In this document: positions 9,226 to 17,264 of the stretch, piece by piece
How the letters are laid out: each line of letters opens with the position of its first letter
Position numbering within the stretch: the first letter of the stretch is position 1
Origin: a phage
Assembly: GCA_025829515.1 (NCBI GenBank)
Contig: GCA_025829515.1_4865.1
Reading direction: 5' to 3' (one strand)
DNA length: 64,000 nucleotides
Notes under the pieces: model-generated
The model's database searches: none
The model's input: the letters and a program-made list of their open reading frames with translations, nothing else
Told to the model about the DNA's origin: nothing
Translations under genes and position numbers: made by a program

Positions 9226-9317
9226 GCCACTTTAATCAAAAGTAATATCATTTATCATTTGATACGTTTAATGCGCTTAGAGAGCGTTACAGAGCGTTTT
9301 AGAGGGTAAATAAAGCC

Positions 9318-9348
9318 CTTACCCACTCCCCTTACGGGAGTGGGTAAG
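9318..9348. terminator. bidirectional terminator hairpin (CTTACCCACTCCC / GGGAGTGGGTAAG)
   Basis: Perfect 13-bp stem, 5-nt loop, flanked by A-rich 5' and T-rich 3' tracts; sits between convergent genes 8710(+) and 9351(-). Confidence 0.6.
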
Positions 9349-9350
9349 CA

Positions 9351-9842
9351 TTATTTATTTTCTTCTAACGGAACAATCGTAATCGGAGTAGGAACTTCAC
9401 CGATAAACCCGCTGCTGCAGCGAAAGAATGTCATCCCTTTACCTTCGCCGGTATACGGGTTCACATCCGAAAAAGAGTAAGTGGGGCTATCGTTTACGGT
9501 TTTATTAATACGGTAATAACGCTCACCTGTGGTGGTGTTAACATTCCCGTCGATTTTGCCAATTGTATCTTTAAACATCATCGGTGACTCTAGTTTGCCA
9601 CCGTCCCACGTTGCTACCCAGTTTGCACCCACATCCATTACTGTTACTGACCGCGGCATCATCTGTAGATTGTCCAGAACCGGACGGTAGTCTATAAACT
9701 TCTCCTGCGTCCCTGTGCATGTATAAATCACCAAGTCGTGATTCTTTACTGGTGTGGCGCTAAATTGTCCTATGTTGCTTGGCGACTGAACACAACCGGC
9801 CAACAGGTTTATAATCGCGAGTACGATAAATAGACGTTTCAT
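9351..9842 (-). CDS. putative lipoprotein (163 aa)
   Basis: N-terminal signal peptide with lipobox LAGC (MKRLFIVLAIINLLAGCVQS); RBS present. Confidence 0.55.
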   Translation of the reverse strand: MKRLFIVLAIINLLAGCVQSPSNIGQFSATPVKNHDLVIYTCTGTQEKFIDYRPVLDNLQMMPRSVTVMDVGANWVATWDGGKLESPMMFKDTIGKIDGNVNTTTGERYYRINKTVNDSPTYSFSDVNPYTGEGKGMTFFRCSSGFIGEVPTPITIVPLEENK

Positions 9843-9966
9843 AGAGTACCTTTCAGTGGTAAAAAAATTTCTCGTTTAACAGCCAACTTTACTGTCATAT
9901 TAAGCCCACTATGTTGTTTTTAGAACGATTTAGTATGCACCACAAACCTACTATAAGGAAACAACC

Positions 9967-10494
9967 ATGGCAGTCATCTCTGCAAAAGACCAACTCGTCG
10001 CGCTGTTTAATGCTGCAAACAGCGGACTGTCTAGTCCGTTAACTTCTGCTGACGTTACATTCGGCGCTGTTGCTGACTATTCACCAGCAGATTCTGGAGA
10101 CACCCGCAACTCCAAACTCACCATCACTGCCACCGCGGAATCCGCTAACTTTACTGGCGAGAAAGAGCTGCATTATACCCGCCTCGATTCATTGAACATC
10201 ATCGGTGCGAAAGCAGTTACCGCTGACCAGGCAGAATGGGATACCGATGAAGAAGTGCTTGCTTTTGTCAACGCAGATCTAATTGCCGCCGGTAAAACGG
10301 AAGATGCGTTTGCATTGTCTGAACTCACCATTTCACGCGAGGACGGCGACAGTGGTGAGAAAATCATCACTGTTATGGTGAAAGAAGGCCACATTAAATA
10401 CCAGCCTGCCAGCCTTGCAGTTTATACTGTAACGCAGCCAATCGTTAAAACTGACCTGAGCACCACCAACGGTGAACTGGACGGATTCGTTTAA
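9967..10494 (+). CDS. hypothetical protein, possible virion component (175 aa)
   Basis: AAGGAA RBS; C-terminal VKTDLSTTNGELDGFV is near-identical in pattern to the C-terminus of ORF 41. Confidence 0.5.
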   Translation: MAVISAKDQLVALFNAANSGLSSPLTSADVTFGAVADYSPADSGDTRNSKLTITATAESANFTGEKELHYTRLDSLNIIGAKAVTADQAEWDTDEEVLAFVNADLIAAGKTEDAFALSELTISREDGDSGEKIITVMVKEGHIKYQPASLAVYTVTQPIVKTDLSTTNGELDGFV

Positions 10495-10534
10495 CAAAAC
10501 AACTTAGTAGTTTCTAAGAAATAAATAAAAGGTA

Positions 10535-10558
10535 CCTACCTCCCTTCGGGGAGGTAGG
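10535..10558. terminator. bidirectional terminator hairpin (CCTACCTCCC-TTCG-GGGAGGTAGG)
   Basis: 10-bp stem, TTCG tetraloop, A-run upstream and T-run downstream; between convergent genes. Confidence 0.6.
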
Positions 10559-10575
10559 GCCTTTATTTTCTTTGC

Positions 10576-11247
10576 TTACATGCCGAGTGACTCGGACAAT
10601 GTTTTTAATCCAGTGTAATCGCGCTTTTCAGCTAACTCACGGATTTGGCGTTTGTTATCTGCCATTGCTGAGTGCAACACCTGGTCACGTGCAACAATAG
10701 CGGCCAGCAACGCTTTACATTGGGCTACTGTAAACGGACTGTGCTTAGTATTCAGCGTATCGAGCCAGTATTCTGGTGCGGTATCTGCCTGAATGTATTG
10801 ACCGAGGATGGTACGCGACGATTCATCGGCTTGAAAGTGGCTACCTTCAAACTCGATATAACCATGGCGCTCATCTTCGTAGCGGTGGTCGAGTTCCAAC
10901 AGCATCTTCTGCACGTCTTCGTAAATGTAACGCGCGGTAGATTTCAGATTCCCGCGAATTTCGTCGAGGTCAATCTCCAGCACATTAGCAATAAACTCTT
11001 TCGTGCGTTTCAATGTGAAGTTAGCTTCAATCTCCGACATCTCATACAGCTTCATGCGTGCCAGGGCTTCTTTATCAGACATCCCTTCGATGAGATGGTA
11101 ATGGAGTAATGCACAAAATCCGGTACGGCCCTGATCCTGCGCACCGATTCGTTCCATGAAATTACCGTGACGATCAATCGGCAAATCACGCTGGAAATAA
11201 CGGGCGCGGATCTCTTCGTTCGTTAAGCTTTTGTCAGTAACAGACAT
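10576..11247 (-). CDS. hypothetical protein, last gene of the rSAM/Cys-rich module (223 aa)
   Basis: ATG with GAGGAGG RBS; 25-nt overlap with the upstream gene suggests translational coupling. No recognisable motif. Confidence 0.5.
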   Translation of the reverse strand: MSVTDKSLTNEEIRARYFQRDLPIDRHGNFMERIGAQDQGRTGFCALLHYHLIEGMSDKEALARMKLYEMSEIEANFTLKRTKEFIANVLEIDLDEIRGNLKSTARYIYEDVQKMLLELDHRYEDERHGYIEFEGSHFQADESSRTILGQYIQADTAPEYWLDTLNTKHSPFTVAQCKALLAAIVARDQVLHSAMADNKRQIRELAEKRDYTGLKTLSESLGM

Positions 11248-11789
11248 TCGTCCTCCTCAATCAGGCCAAGTTCTAACAACAAACCGAAGTCCAGCATCTG
11301 GAAGTCCTGATCGAGGTTACCGGCCCACAACAGAGAAATGTTGTGTTGCTCTTCTTCTTCCAACTGCGGGAGCAGGTGTTCTTCGAAGATTTGACGCTCT
11401 GTGTAATAAGCGTCAACCGGGTTATTGGAGCGTAAGTTACGAATACGCATCCGCGGGAAAGACAAGCCCAAAGCCACTAAACTTTCAGGACTGGCTTCAT
11501 CAATAGAGTGACGTAGCAGTTCGATTTTGTGGCGTGGGTATGCAAGCAGTCGCTTCTCAAAGCCAGGGTTGCGCTTTTCGATTTCCGCGACAGACTCGTG
11601 TCCTTTCTCAACGCAGTAGACCGGGATCATCACGTTCAGCCCGTATTTAATCAACAGGCTTTGGATTTCATCAGTGAAGTCTTCCCCTGCCACAATTGCG
11701 TGCACATTGTACAGCTTGCTTTTGCGCAGGAAGCGATCGACCAAGTGCAGTTTACGCTTCGTAAAATTGTGAATCAGTATTGACTTCAT
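11223..11789 (-). CDS. hypothetical protein in rSAM module (about 189 aa from ATG 11789)
   Basis: Start chosen at the internal ATG with ACGGAG RBS; the track start at 11867 would overlap the rSAM gene by about 116 nt. Confidence 0.4.
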   Translation of the reverse strand: MKSILIHNFTKRKLHLVDRFLRKSKLYNVHAIVAGEDFTDEIQSLLIKYGLNVMIPVYCVEKGHESVAEIEKRNPGFEKRLLAYPRHKIELLRHSIDEASPESLVALGLSFPRMRIRNLRSNNPVDAYYTERQIFEEHLLPQLEEEEQHNISLLWAGNLDQDFQMLDFGLLLELGLIEEDECLLLTKA

Positions 11790-13080
11790 TCTGGGCTCCG
11801 TTTTGTAATTTTTCTGCTTCGGCACGTTGGCGTACACAACGTGAACAATAGCACATGGATTTATCATGCAAATCTGATGCGCGAGTCGTACCAGTTTTCT
11901 GATACCAATATTCCGCCGCCATCAGCTTCGCAGTAGTCCAACCACACTGACGACGCTCGGCGTGATACGCTTTACGGTCTTCCAGTGTACCTTCACCGTT
12001 TTCGTACGATGCTGCTGCGCAGCTACCGCAGCTGTGTTTCATCGGACACCCTAAACAGGTTTCTGGGTAGTTGGTGTACTGCGTTTGAATCTCTTCTAAC
12101 AGCTTACCGCCGTCCAGGCTCACAAACTCACGACCAACCAGTTCCGCTACAGCAGAGCGGGAAGTTACCGTGGACATGAAACGGTTACAACCGTAAATCT
12201 TGCGATCAAAGCCGAGACAGGTCATGTGCGTCAACGTACCGCAGTACGGTTTCAGGCGTTCTGGGTCGAGACGAACAGAGTCGTCATGTAAGAGTTTGTC
12301 ACGCCAATCCGGGTCCCAAGTTGCCATAAAGTTCAGGCCATCCGGGATGATGTGTGTAATCGTGTTACGCGGGTTGGTGTGCAGACCCTTCTCAATCCAG
12401 TAGTCCATCACGTCCATCATCTGGTTCGCGATATCCAACGCCATATGGCGCGGCAGGATATCTTCGTACGTTACGTTACCAGAGATGGTACCACCGCCGG
12501 ACATGTCAATTAACGATTTCATGCTGGCGGCATAGTGCGGCAATGTATCGATCGTAAACGTCGCCTTTACGCCCAGCTCAGCGATGCCAACACTCTTCAG
12601 ATAATTGTAACCGCGTACCGCAGCTTCGTACGACCCTTCACGCGTCGTGGTAAAGATACGATATTTGTCATGGACTTCAGGTAAACCATCGATGGAGACC
12701 CCAATAGACAGTTTGTCTTTCCAGCGCTCGATAATTTCTTTGTTCAGCGGACGGTCCAGAAGCGTACCGTTCGTGGAGATACTGAACATATACGGGCGAT
12801 TGTGTTCTGCGCATAACTTCTCTGCGGTTTCAAAGGCCGCCAAAAGAAGTTTAGGCTGCATGAACGGCTCACCACCGATGATATCGATGATGACTTCAAC
12901 GTTCGGGATATCTTTATCACGCTCGAAACAAGCGTGGATAAAATCAATCACGTCTGCTACTTTGTTGTTACGCGGATATTTACGCTCGTAGCAGTATTCG
13001 CAGTCCAGGTTACATGACAGGTTAGTCACAACCTGATACGTGCGTGGTGTGTACTGGATTTGCTGTTCGCTATTACTCAT
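11752..13080 (-). CDS. radical SAM enzyme with Cys-rich C-terminal SPASM-like domain (442 aa), putative peptide/protein maturase
   Basis: N-terminal CNLDCEYCY (CxxxCxxC radical-SAM cluster motif); C-terminal Cys cluster (CLGCPMKHSCGSCAA...CGW...CYCSRC) typical of SPASM auxiliary Fe-S domains (anSME / sacti- / ranthipeptide maturase type). Confidence 0.7.
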   Translation of the reverse strand: MSNSEQQIQYTPRTYQVVTNLSCNLDCEYCYERKYPRNNKVADVIDFIHACFERDKDIPNVEVIIDIIGGEPFMQPKLLLAAFETAEKLCAEHNRPYMFSISTNGTLLDRPLNKEIIERWKDKLSIGVSIDGLPEVHDKYRIFTTTREGSYEAAVRGYNYLKSVGIAELGVKATFTIDTLPHYAASMKSLIDMSGGGTISGNVTYEDILPRHMALDIANQMMDVMDYWIEKGLHTNPRNTITHIIPDGLNFMATWDPDWRDKLLHDDSVRLDPERLKPYCGTLTHMTCLGFDRKIYGCNRFMSTVTSRSAVAELVGREFVSLDGGKLLEEIQTQYTNYPETCLGCPMKHSCGSCAAASYENGEGTLEDRKAYHAERRQCGWTTAKLMAAEYWYQKTGTTRASDLHDKSMCYCSRCVRQRAEAEKLQNGAQNEVNTDSQFYEA

Positions 13081-13987
13081 TGTTCGCCGCCCGTTTACGC
13101 TTAGCAGAAATTACACGGTTGATGTAGTTATACGCATCAACGCCGATAGAACGCGCCAGGCGATTACAGCCGACTTCCAATATCTCTGGGGCGTTCTGAA
13201 TTTGCTCCTGCGTACCGTCGGCGTTAAGCCACAGCACTTCACTGCACGTGTTGCACTCGGTATCGAACATTTTACTGATCGCAAGCCCACATTCAGAATC
13301 GTTCTGCATGTTAAGGCGTTCGATATTGTCGAGTATTTTCCAATACCCGTACATGAAGTTCATGACGTGGTCTGGCGATAACGGTTTCGGCATCATCGCA
13401 TCAAACAACAACGACACACCACCTGGACGGTAATGATAGATTGCTCGGTGCAGCTCGATGAAATCTTCGTACCAGCGTTTATCACCTAACTGGTCACGCG
13501 TCATCACACCCCAGGTGTAATAGTTGTCCAGCTCGTACAGCACTTCCAGCGCTTCGTGATTACCACCGTTTACAAAGTTCATAAACGGACGTTCCGACTT
13601 CTTGTAGCCGTCAATGGACACAAAGATAAGGTCGAACTGTTTCAGCAACGGCAGATGTGACTTACGCATCTTTAAACCGTTGGTGTACATGTGATGACGG
13701 AGGTTCGGATGAGACTCCTTCAACTCGTTCACGAAGTCTTCAATCTTACGCTGCGCTAACAGCGGCTCACCGCCCGTCCAATGAATCTCACCGATATCCG
13801 GATTCTTCTCTAAAATAGAGAGAATCTCTTCACGTTGAAACTCACGAGAAGTATCTTCTCTATCCATGTAATAAGCCCCTCCACAGAAGCTACAGTCTAA
13901 GTTACACTTAGAAGTTGCGACAACCGACAGAATTGACGGTTTGTCGTACAGTTCAGACGAGATCCTGGATTCTACTTGATCTGTCAT
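13073..13987 (-). CDS. radical SAM enzyme (second maturase-like, about 304 aa from ATG 13987)
   Basis: SKCNLDCSFCGG (CxxxCxxC) near the N-terminus; C-terminal ECGLAIS...ECNTCSE...GCN partial auxiliary-cluster (twitch-like) pattern. The track TTG start at 14023 is an alternative. Confidence 0.65.
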   Translation of the reverse strand: MTDQVESRISSELYDKPSILSVVATSKCNLDCSFCGGAYYMDREDTSREFQREEILSILEKNPDIGEIHWTGGEPLLAQRKIEDFVNELKESHPNLRHHMYTNGLKMRKSHLPLLKQFDLIFVSIDGYKKSERPFMNFVNGGNHEALEVLYELDNYYTWGVMTRDQLGDKRWYEDFIELHRAIYHYRPGGVSLLFDAMMPKPLSPDHVMNFMYGYWKILDNIERLNMQNDSECGLAISKMFDTECNTCSEVLWLNADGTQEQIQNAPEILEVGCNRLARSIGVDAYNYINRVISAKRKRAANNE

Positions 13988-14009
13988 TGCAGGTTGCTCC
14001 AGTATATTT

Positions 14010-14897
14010 TTAAATATAATCAATGGCGAATAAAGGATCTTCGTCTACATTAGCGCCGGGCACCAGTAACATCGGGTCGTGATAGGCAGCTAAAATTTTG
14101 TTCAGGTCGGCGTGTCTTTCGTTCAGGCGTTTCAAATCGGCCAACGTTACCGAACGACCACGAATCTCAGAAACAGCTTCTGCTTCTTCTTTCGTTAAAT
14201 CCACCTTCGTTAAGAGGAAACTTACCAGCTTACTCAAATCCGCTTCCGTCGCCGGATAATCCCCATATCGGGTTTGAACCAGATGTTGCATCCACGGTTT
14301 ACGAATACGTTTGGTGATTTCAAAATCGTCAGTCAACGCATACCAGACAGAACGCTTTTTATCCCACACGAACTTATAGCTATACGCCATCATGTCCGCT
14401 AAACGGGTGATGCCAAGTTCTTTATACCCCTCGATATCGATGTATGGTTCGGTGTCGAAATACGTTTCCGTATCGGCAGGTACCAGTACAAAGTAGTAAG
14501 GGAACGAGCCCAGATAGTCCGGACTCCACCAACGGCGCGCCATCGGTTTTGCTTCAAGTTCGTCAAACGGTGTAAACATCAGTTCTAAATCGACGCTGTT
14601 GTTCAAAATCCCTTCACTGAAGAAATACTTACCGTCGACTAACACGCCACGAGAGTTACCATCGCCGTTAAAGATAACGATGGCCTCTGCAACCATATCA
14701 CGGATCTTAAACGTATTTTCTACGGTGTAGTTCTTCTTGTCGGTCAAGAAGCGACCACGAACCTTTGGCCACTCACCAGGAATCTGTGCAATCAGTCTGA
14801 CTTTGTCAGCAAGGTGCGCACGCACTGAATCTGGGGAAGATAGATGCAGCGGGTGGTTGAATGTGGTTTTATACGCAAGATGCAAATCGTTTTTCAT
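14010..14897 (-). CDS. hypothetical protein between Cys-rich genes and rSAM genes (295 aa)
   Basis: ATG with GGAG RBS; no recognisable motif; candidate leader-recognition or accessory protein by position only. Confidence 0.5.
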   Translation of the reverse strand: MKNDLHLAYKTTFNHPLHLSSPDSVRAHLADKVRLIAQIPGEWPKVRGRFLTDKKNYTVENTFKIRDMVAEAIVIFNGDGNSRGVLVDGKYFFSEGILNNSVDLELMFTPFDELEAKPMARRWWSPDYLGSFPYYFVLVPADTETYFDTEPYIDIEGYKELGITRLADMMAYSYKFVWDKKRSVWYALTDDFEITKRIRKPWMQHLVQTRYGDYPATEADLSKLVSFLLTKVDLTKEEAEAVSEIRGRSVTLADLKRLNERHADLNKILAAYHDPMLLVPGANVDEDPLFAIDYI

Positions 14898-14919
14898 TTA
14901 ATACTCCGAACGTTTTCTG

Positions 14920-15126
14920 TTATCGATTCCCCGCTCCACGGCTACAGCTTCCGCTGCAGGACCAGCTACACCCACCATTACAGTTATAGTGAGAAAGCGG
15001 TAAGCCAGCCAGGTTATTTGTGGTCGACACGGTGCCCTGGTTAGCGATATAGTTGTTTGCCTGTGCGGTTGTAATGTAACCTTCTGCCGTAACGAGACGG
15101 TTTCGAATAGTCTTGAGACTGATCAC
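14920..15126 (-). CDS. Cys-rich precursor-like small protein 3 (68 aa)
   Basis: GTG start with GGAGG RBS. N-terminal region (ISLKTIRNRL...ANNYI) is paralogous to the N-termini of ORFs 15142 and 15557; short C-terminal core HYNCNGGCSWSCSGSCS. Confidence 0.5.
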   Translation of the reverse strand: MISLKTIRNRLVTAEGYITTAQANNYIANQGTVSTTNNLAGLPLSHYNCNGGCSWSCSGSCSRGAGNR

Positions 15127-15141
15127 ATAAGCCTCCGTCAG

Positions 15142-15546
15142 TTAGGAGTTAGGACCTGAACAACCACCAGAGCACGCACCTGAGCAGTTTGCGGAGCAGG
15201 ATTTACCACAACCCCCAGAACAGCTGCCTGTGCACGTGCCGCTACAACCACCAGAGCACGAAGAGCTACAGCCCGTGCAGCTGCTGCTACAGCCTGATAC
15301 ACAGTTTGCCGAGCAAGTCGACCCACAACCACCTGTCGCGGACCCTGTGCAGCCGCCAGAGCAACTTGAGCAGCTAAAAGAGCATGTCCCACCACAGTCA
15401 TAGTGCGAACGGCCTTGACCTGCGAACAAGTCGGCGTTATTCGTAGCTTTATTGCGAATGTAGTTTTGCACATTCGTGGTGTTCTTTAAAGCGTTTGCAT
15501 CGATCGTGTTTAATCGGTTATTCAGTTCTTTTAATCCAATTGCCAT
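15142..15546 (-). CDS. Cys-rich precursor-like protein 2 (134 aa), (C-x-x-x)n Ser/Gly/Thr core
   Basis: ATG with AAGGGGG RBS. Leader-like N-terminal ~50 aa, then HYDCGGTCSFSCSS... with about 20 Cys, mostly one every fourth residue. Confidence 0.55.
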   Translation of the reverse strand: MAIGLKELNNRLNTIDANALKNTTNVQNYIRNKATNNADLFAGQGRSHYDCGGTCSFSCSSCSGGCTGSATGGCGSTCSANCVSGCSSSCTGCSSSCSGGCSGTCTGSCSGGCGKSCSANCSGACSGGCSGPNS

Positions 15547-15556
15547 TTAATCCCCC

Positions 15557-15949
15557 TTAGCGACCTGAACAGCCGCCGGAGCAGGCCCCGGAACAACTGG
15601 AAGAACATGAGCCACCGCAACCACCAGTGCAGTTACCGGTACAGCTACTACTGCAACCACCAGAACAACCAGAGCAACCAGAACAGTTACCGCCACACGT
15701 CGAAGAACAGCTACCGATGCAAGAAGCAGAACAGCTTCCTGAACAGCTCGAACAACCGTGAGAACAGCCATTCGAACACGTCCAAGAACATGTCCCGCCG
15801 CAATCTAGCTGTGCTTTCGTCCAACCCCCAAATCGGTCTGCCGCATTATGGGCTTTAGAGGCCACTTGCGCGTCGATGCGGGGGCCTGTCGCCATGTTAG
15901 CTTCGACTATCTGGACGCGGTTTCTGACGTCTTTAATAGATATCGCCAT
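15557..15949 (-). CDS. Cys-rich precursor-like protein 1 (130 aa), (C-x-x-x)n Ser/Gly/Thr core
   Basis: ATG with AAGGAAG RBS. Leader-like N-terminus (IKDVRNRVQIVEAN...), then QLDCGGTCSWTCSNGCSHGCSSCSGSC... with about 21 Cys. Confidence 0.55.
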   Translation of the reverse strand: MAISIKDVRNRVQIVEANMATGPRIDAQVASKAHNAADRFGGWTKAQLDCGGTCSWTCSNGCSHGCSSCSGSCSASCIGSCSSTCGGNCSGCSGCSGGCSSSCTGNCTGGCGGSCSSSCSGACSGGCSGR

Positions 15950-15970
15950 TACGCTTCCTTAAAAAGTAGA

Positions 15971-16007
15971 ACGAGCGGACTATGTCCATAAACATAGTCC
16001 GGCTCGT
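15971..16007 (-). promoter_or_regulatory. intergenic stem-loop upstream of the Cys-rich genes (attenuator / processing-site candidate)
   Basis: CGGACTATG / CATAGTCCG 9-bp stem, extended by ACGAG/CTCGT; on the minus strand it is followed by CTTTTT and then the RBS of gene 15949. Confidence 0.4.
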
Positions 16008-16014
16008 AAACAAA

Positions 16015-17217
16015 TTACTTAGTACCCGCTTCAGCTTGAACATCGTCGCGCGTGGTGAGGTTGTTGTTGACGTGAACAGCAGCCTGCACAACACCTCCAT
16101 ACTGTTTATGGAGGTAATTCGGGTGTGGGTTATCCGCAGCCGCATGGTTCGCCAGATTCTGGTTTGCCTGCGAAATTGCGTTGGTGTTGTTTATAACCTG
16201 AGTTTTAAGACTGTTGATTTGTCCTTGCAGGTTATCAATTTGCTGTTGGAAGTCCTTGCCCTGATTCTCAAGATCCGTGACGCGCTGATTTGTTTCATTC
16301 AGTGCAGACTGCAGATCGTTAACCATCTTCTGTAATTGCAACACCAGAGAATTAAGGTTAGCTAATGCTAACGACATTTTCTGGTAATTTTGAGCAACCA
16401 CATTAAGCTGGTCGTTCCACGCGGCTAACGAAGCCACAATTGCATCGATGCGTTTCCCCAACGCCGTGTCTGCTGCTCTTAAGTCGCCGATATCGTTGAT
16501 AGTGGCGTCAATGGCAGTCTGTACACTTTGAATCAGGGCACGAATCTCCGTCTCCGTCAGGCCATTAACCTGATGAATGTCGAGATTGTGTACGTTACCT
16601 TCGGCGTTGATGTGTGTATTTAAGGCGTCGAGGAAGTCGTTTCTCAGACCGTCCAGAATACCTTTAATTTCTTCCAGCTGTACTGCAGAGCCGGAGTTAA
16701 TCGCATCTTTAATCCCCGCGAGTACGGTAATGATATACTCAAAACCGTAGATATCGCCAAGGTCTTTATACGTCGGGGCGGACGGGAACGTATCGGGTAC
16801 GTTTCGAAGATCCTTGAAGTCCACCACACGGTCTTCAATTTTCAACGACGCAATCGCTTGTCGGATACCTTCGACGTTCGCGGACTGAAAACCACCAACG
16901 ACTTGCGCAGAGACTTCGATATCAGTAGGAATGGCCGAGTTAGTTACCACCACACCCATGACCACTTCGCGGTTCTTGGTCATTTTCTGATATGCAGTAT
17001 GTGCAAAAATCAGTTCGTAGTCTGTGCCGCGTTTGTACGGGTAGACACCTGGTTTATTCGCAGCTGCCAAGCGGAAGGTATCCGCGTAGAAAGCTCCGTC
17101 AGGAAAAGCAAAAGCCCGGTTAACTTTACCAGAACCTAACGTAATACGCCGTGTAACGGCGTTCGACGTTAATGTCCCGGTAAGGTCGAGCGGGTACTGA
17201 TGAATGATTTCGGCCAT
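16015..17217 (-). CDS. putative short tail fiber with coiled-coil shaft (about 400 aa)
   Basis: Start chosen at ATG 17217 (AAAGGAG RBS). N-terminal FYADTFRL...GTDYELIF block shared with the three giant fibre proteins; long heptad-like region (LQLQKMVNDLQSALNETNQRVTDLENQ...). Confidence 0.55.
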   Translation of the reverse strand: MAEIIHQYPLDLTGTLTSNAVTRRITLGSGKVNRAFAFPDGAFYADTFRLAAANKPGVYPYKRGTDYELIFAHTAYQKMTKNREVVMGVVVTNSAIPTDIEVSAQVVGGFQSANVEGIRQAIASLKIEDRVVDFKDLRNVPDTFPSAPTYKDLGDIYGFEYIITVLAGIKDAINSGSAVQLEEIKGILDGLRNDFLDALNTHINAEGNVHNLDIHQVNGLTETEIRALIQSVQTAIDATINDIGDLRAADTALGKRIDAIVASLAAWNDQLNVVAQNYQKMSLALANLNSLVLQLQKMVNDLQSALNETNQRVTDLENQGKDFQQQIDNLQGQINSLKTQVINNTNAISQANQNLANHAAADNPHPNYLHKQYGGVVQAAVHVNNNLTTRDDVQAEAGTK

Positions 17218-17264
17218 TGCCAAACTCCTTTGATTGGGGCTTCCTTGCCCCATAGCGCTATCTG

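Noticed and set aside
9226-9317. Short direct repeat AGAGCGTT...AGAGCGTT in the intergenic region, considered as a CRISPR-like or iteron element
   Set aside because: Only two 8-nt copies with no regular spacer structure; it is far too small for a CRISPR array and better explained as part of the terminator flank.
11752-13080. Calling the 442-aa rSAM an anaerobic sulfatase-maturating enzyme proper
   Set aside because: No sulfatase gene or C/S-x-P-x-R substrate motif is present in the window; the adjacent substrates are Cys-rich small proteins, so only the general rSAM-SPASM class is supported.
15138-15858. Track ORFs on both strands inside the Cys-rich genes (15138-15473, 15189-15377, 15547-15771, 15607-15858)
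   Set aside because: They are out-of-frame or antisense read-throughs of the low-complexity GC-rich (TGC/AGC/GGC) repeats; they have no RBS and overlap the much better supported Cys-rich genes.
14920-15949. Interpreting the Cys/Ser/Gly-rich proteins as microcin B17-like linear azole peptide precursors
   Set aside because: No YcaO cyclodehydratase or dehydrogenase genes accompany them; the neighbouring enzymes are radical SAM proteins, pointing to thioether-type or other radical chemistry instead.
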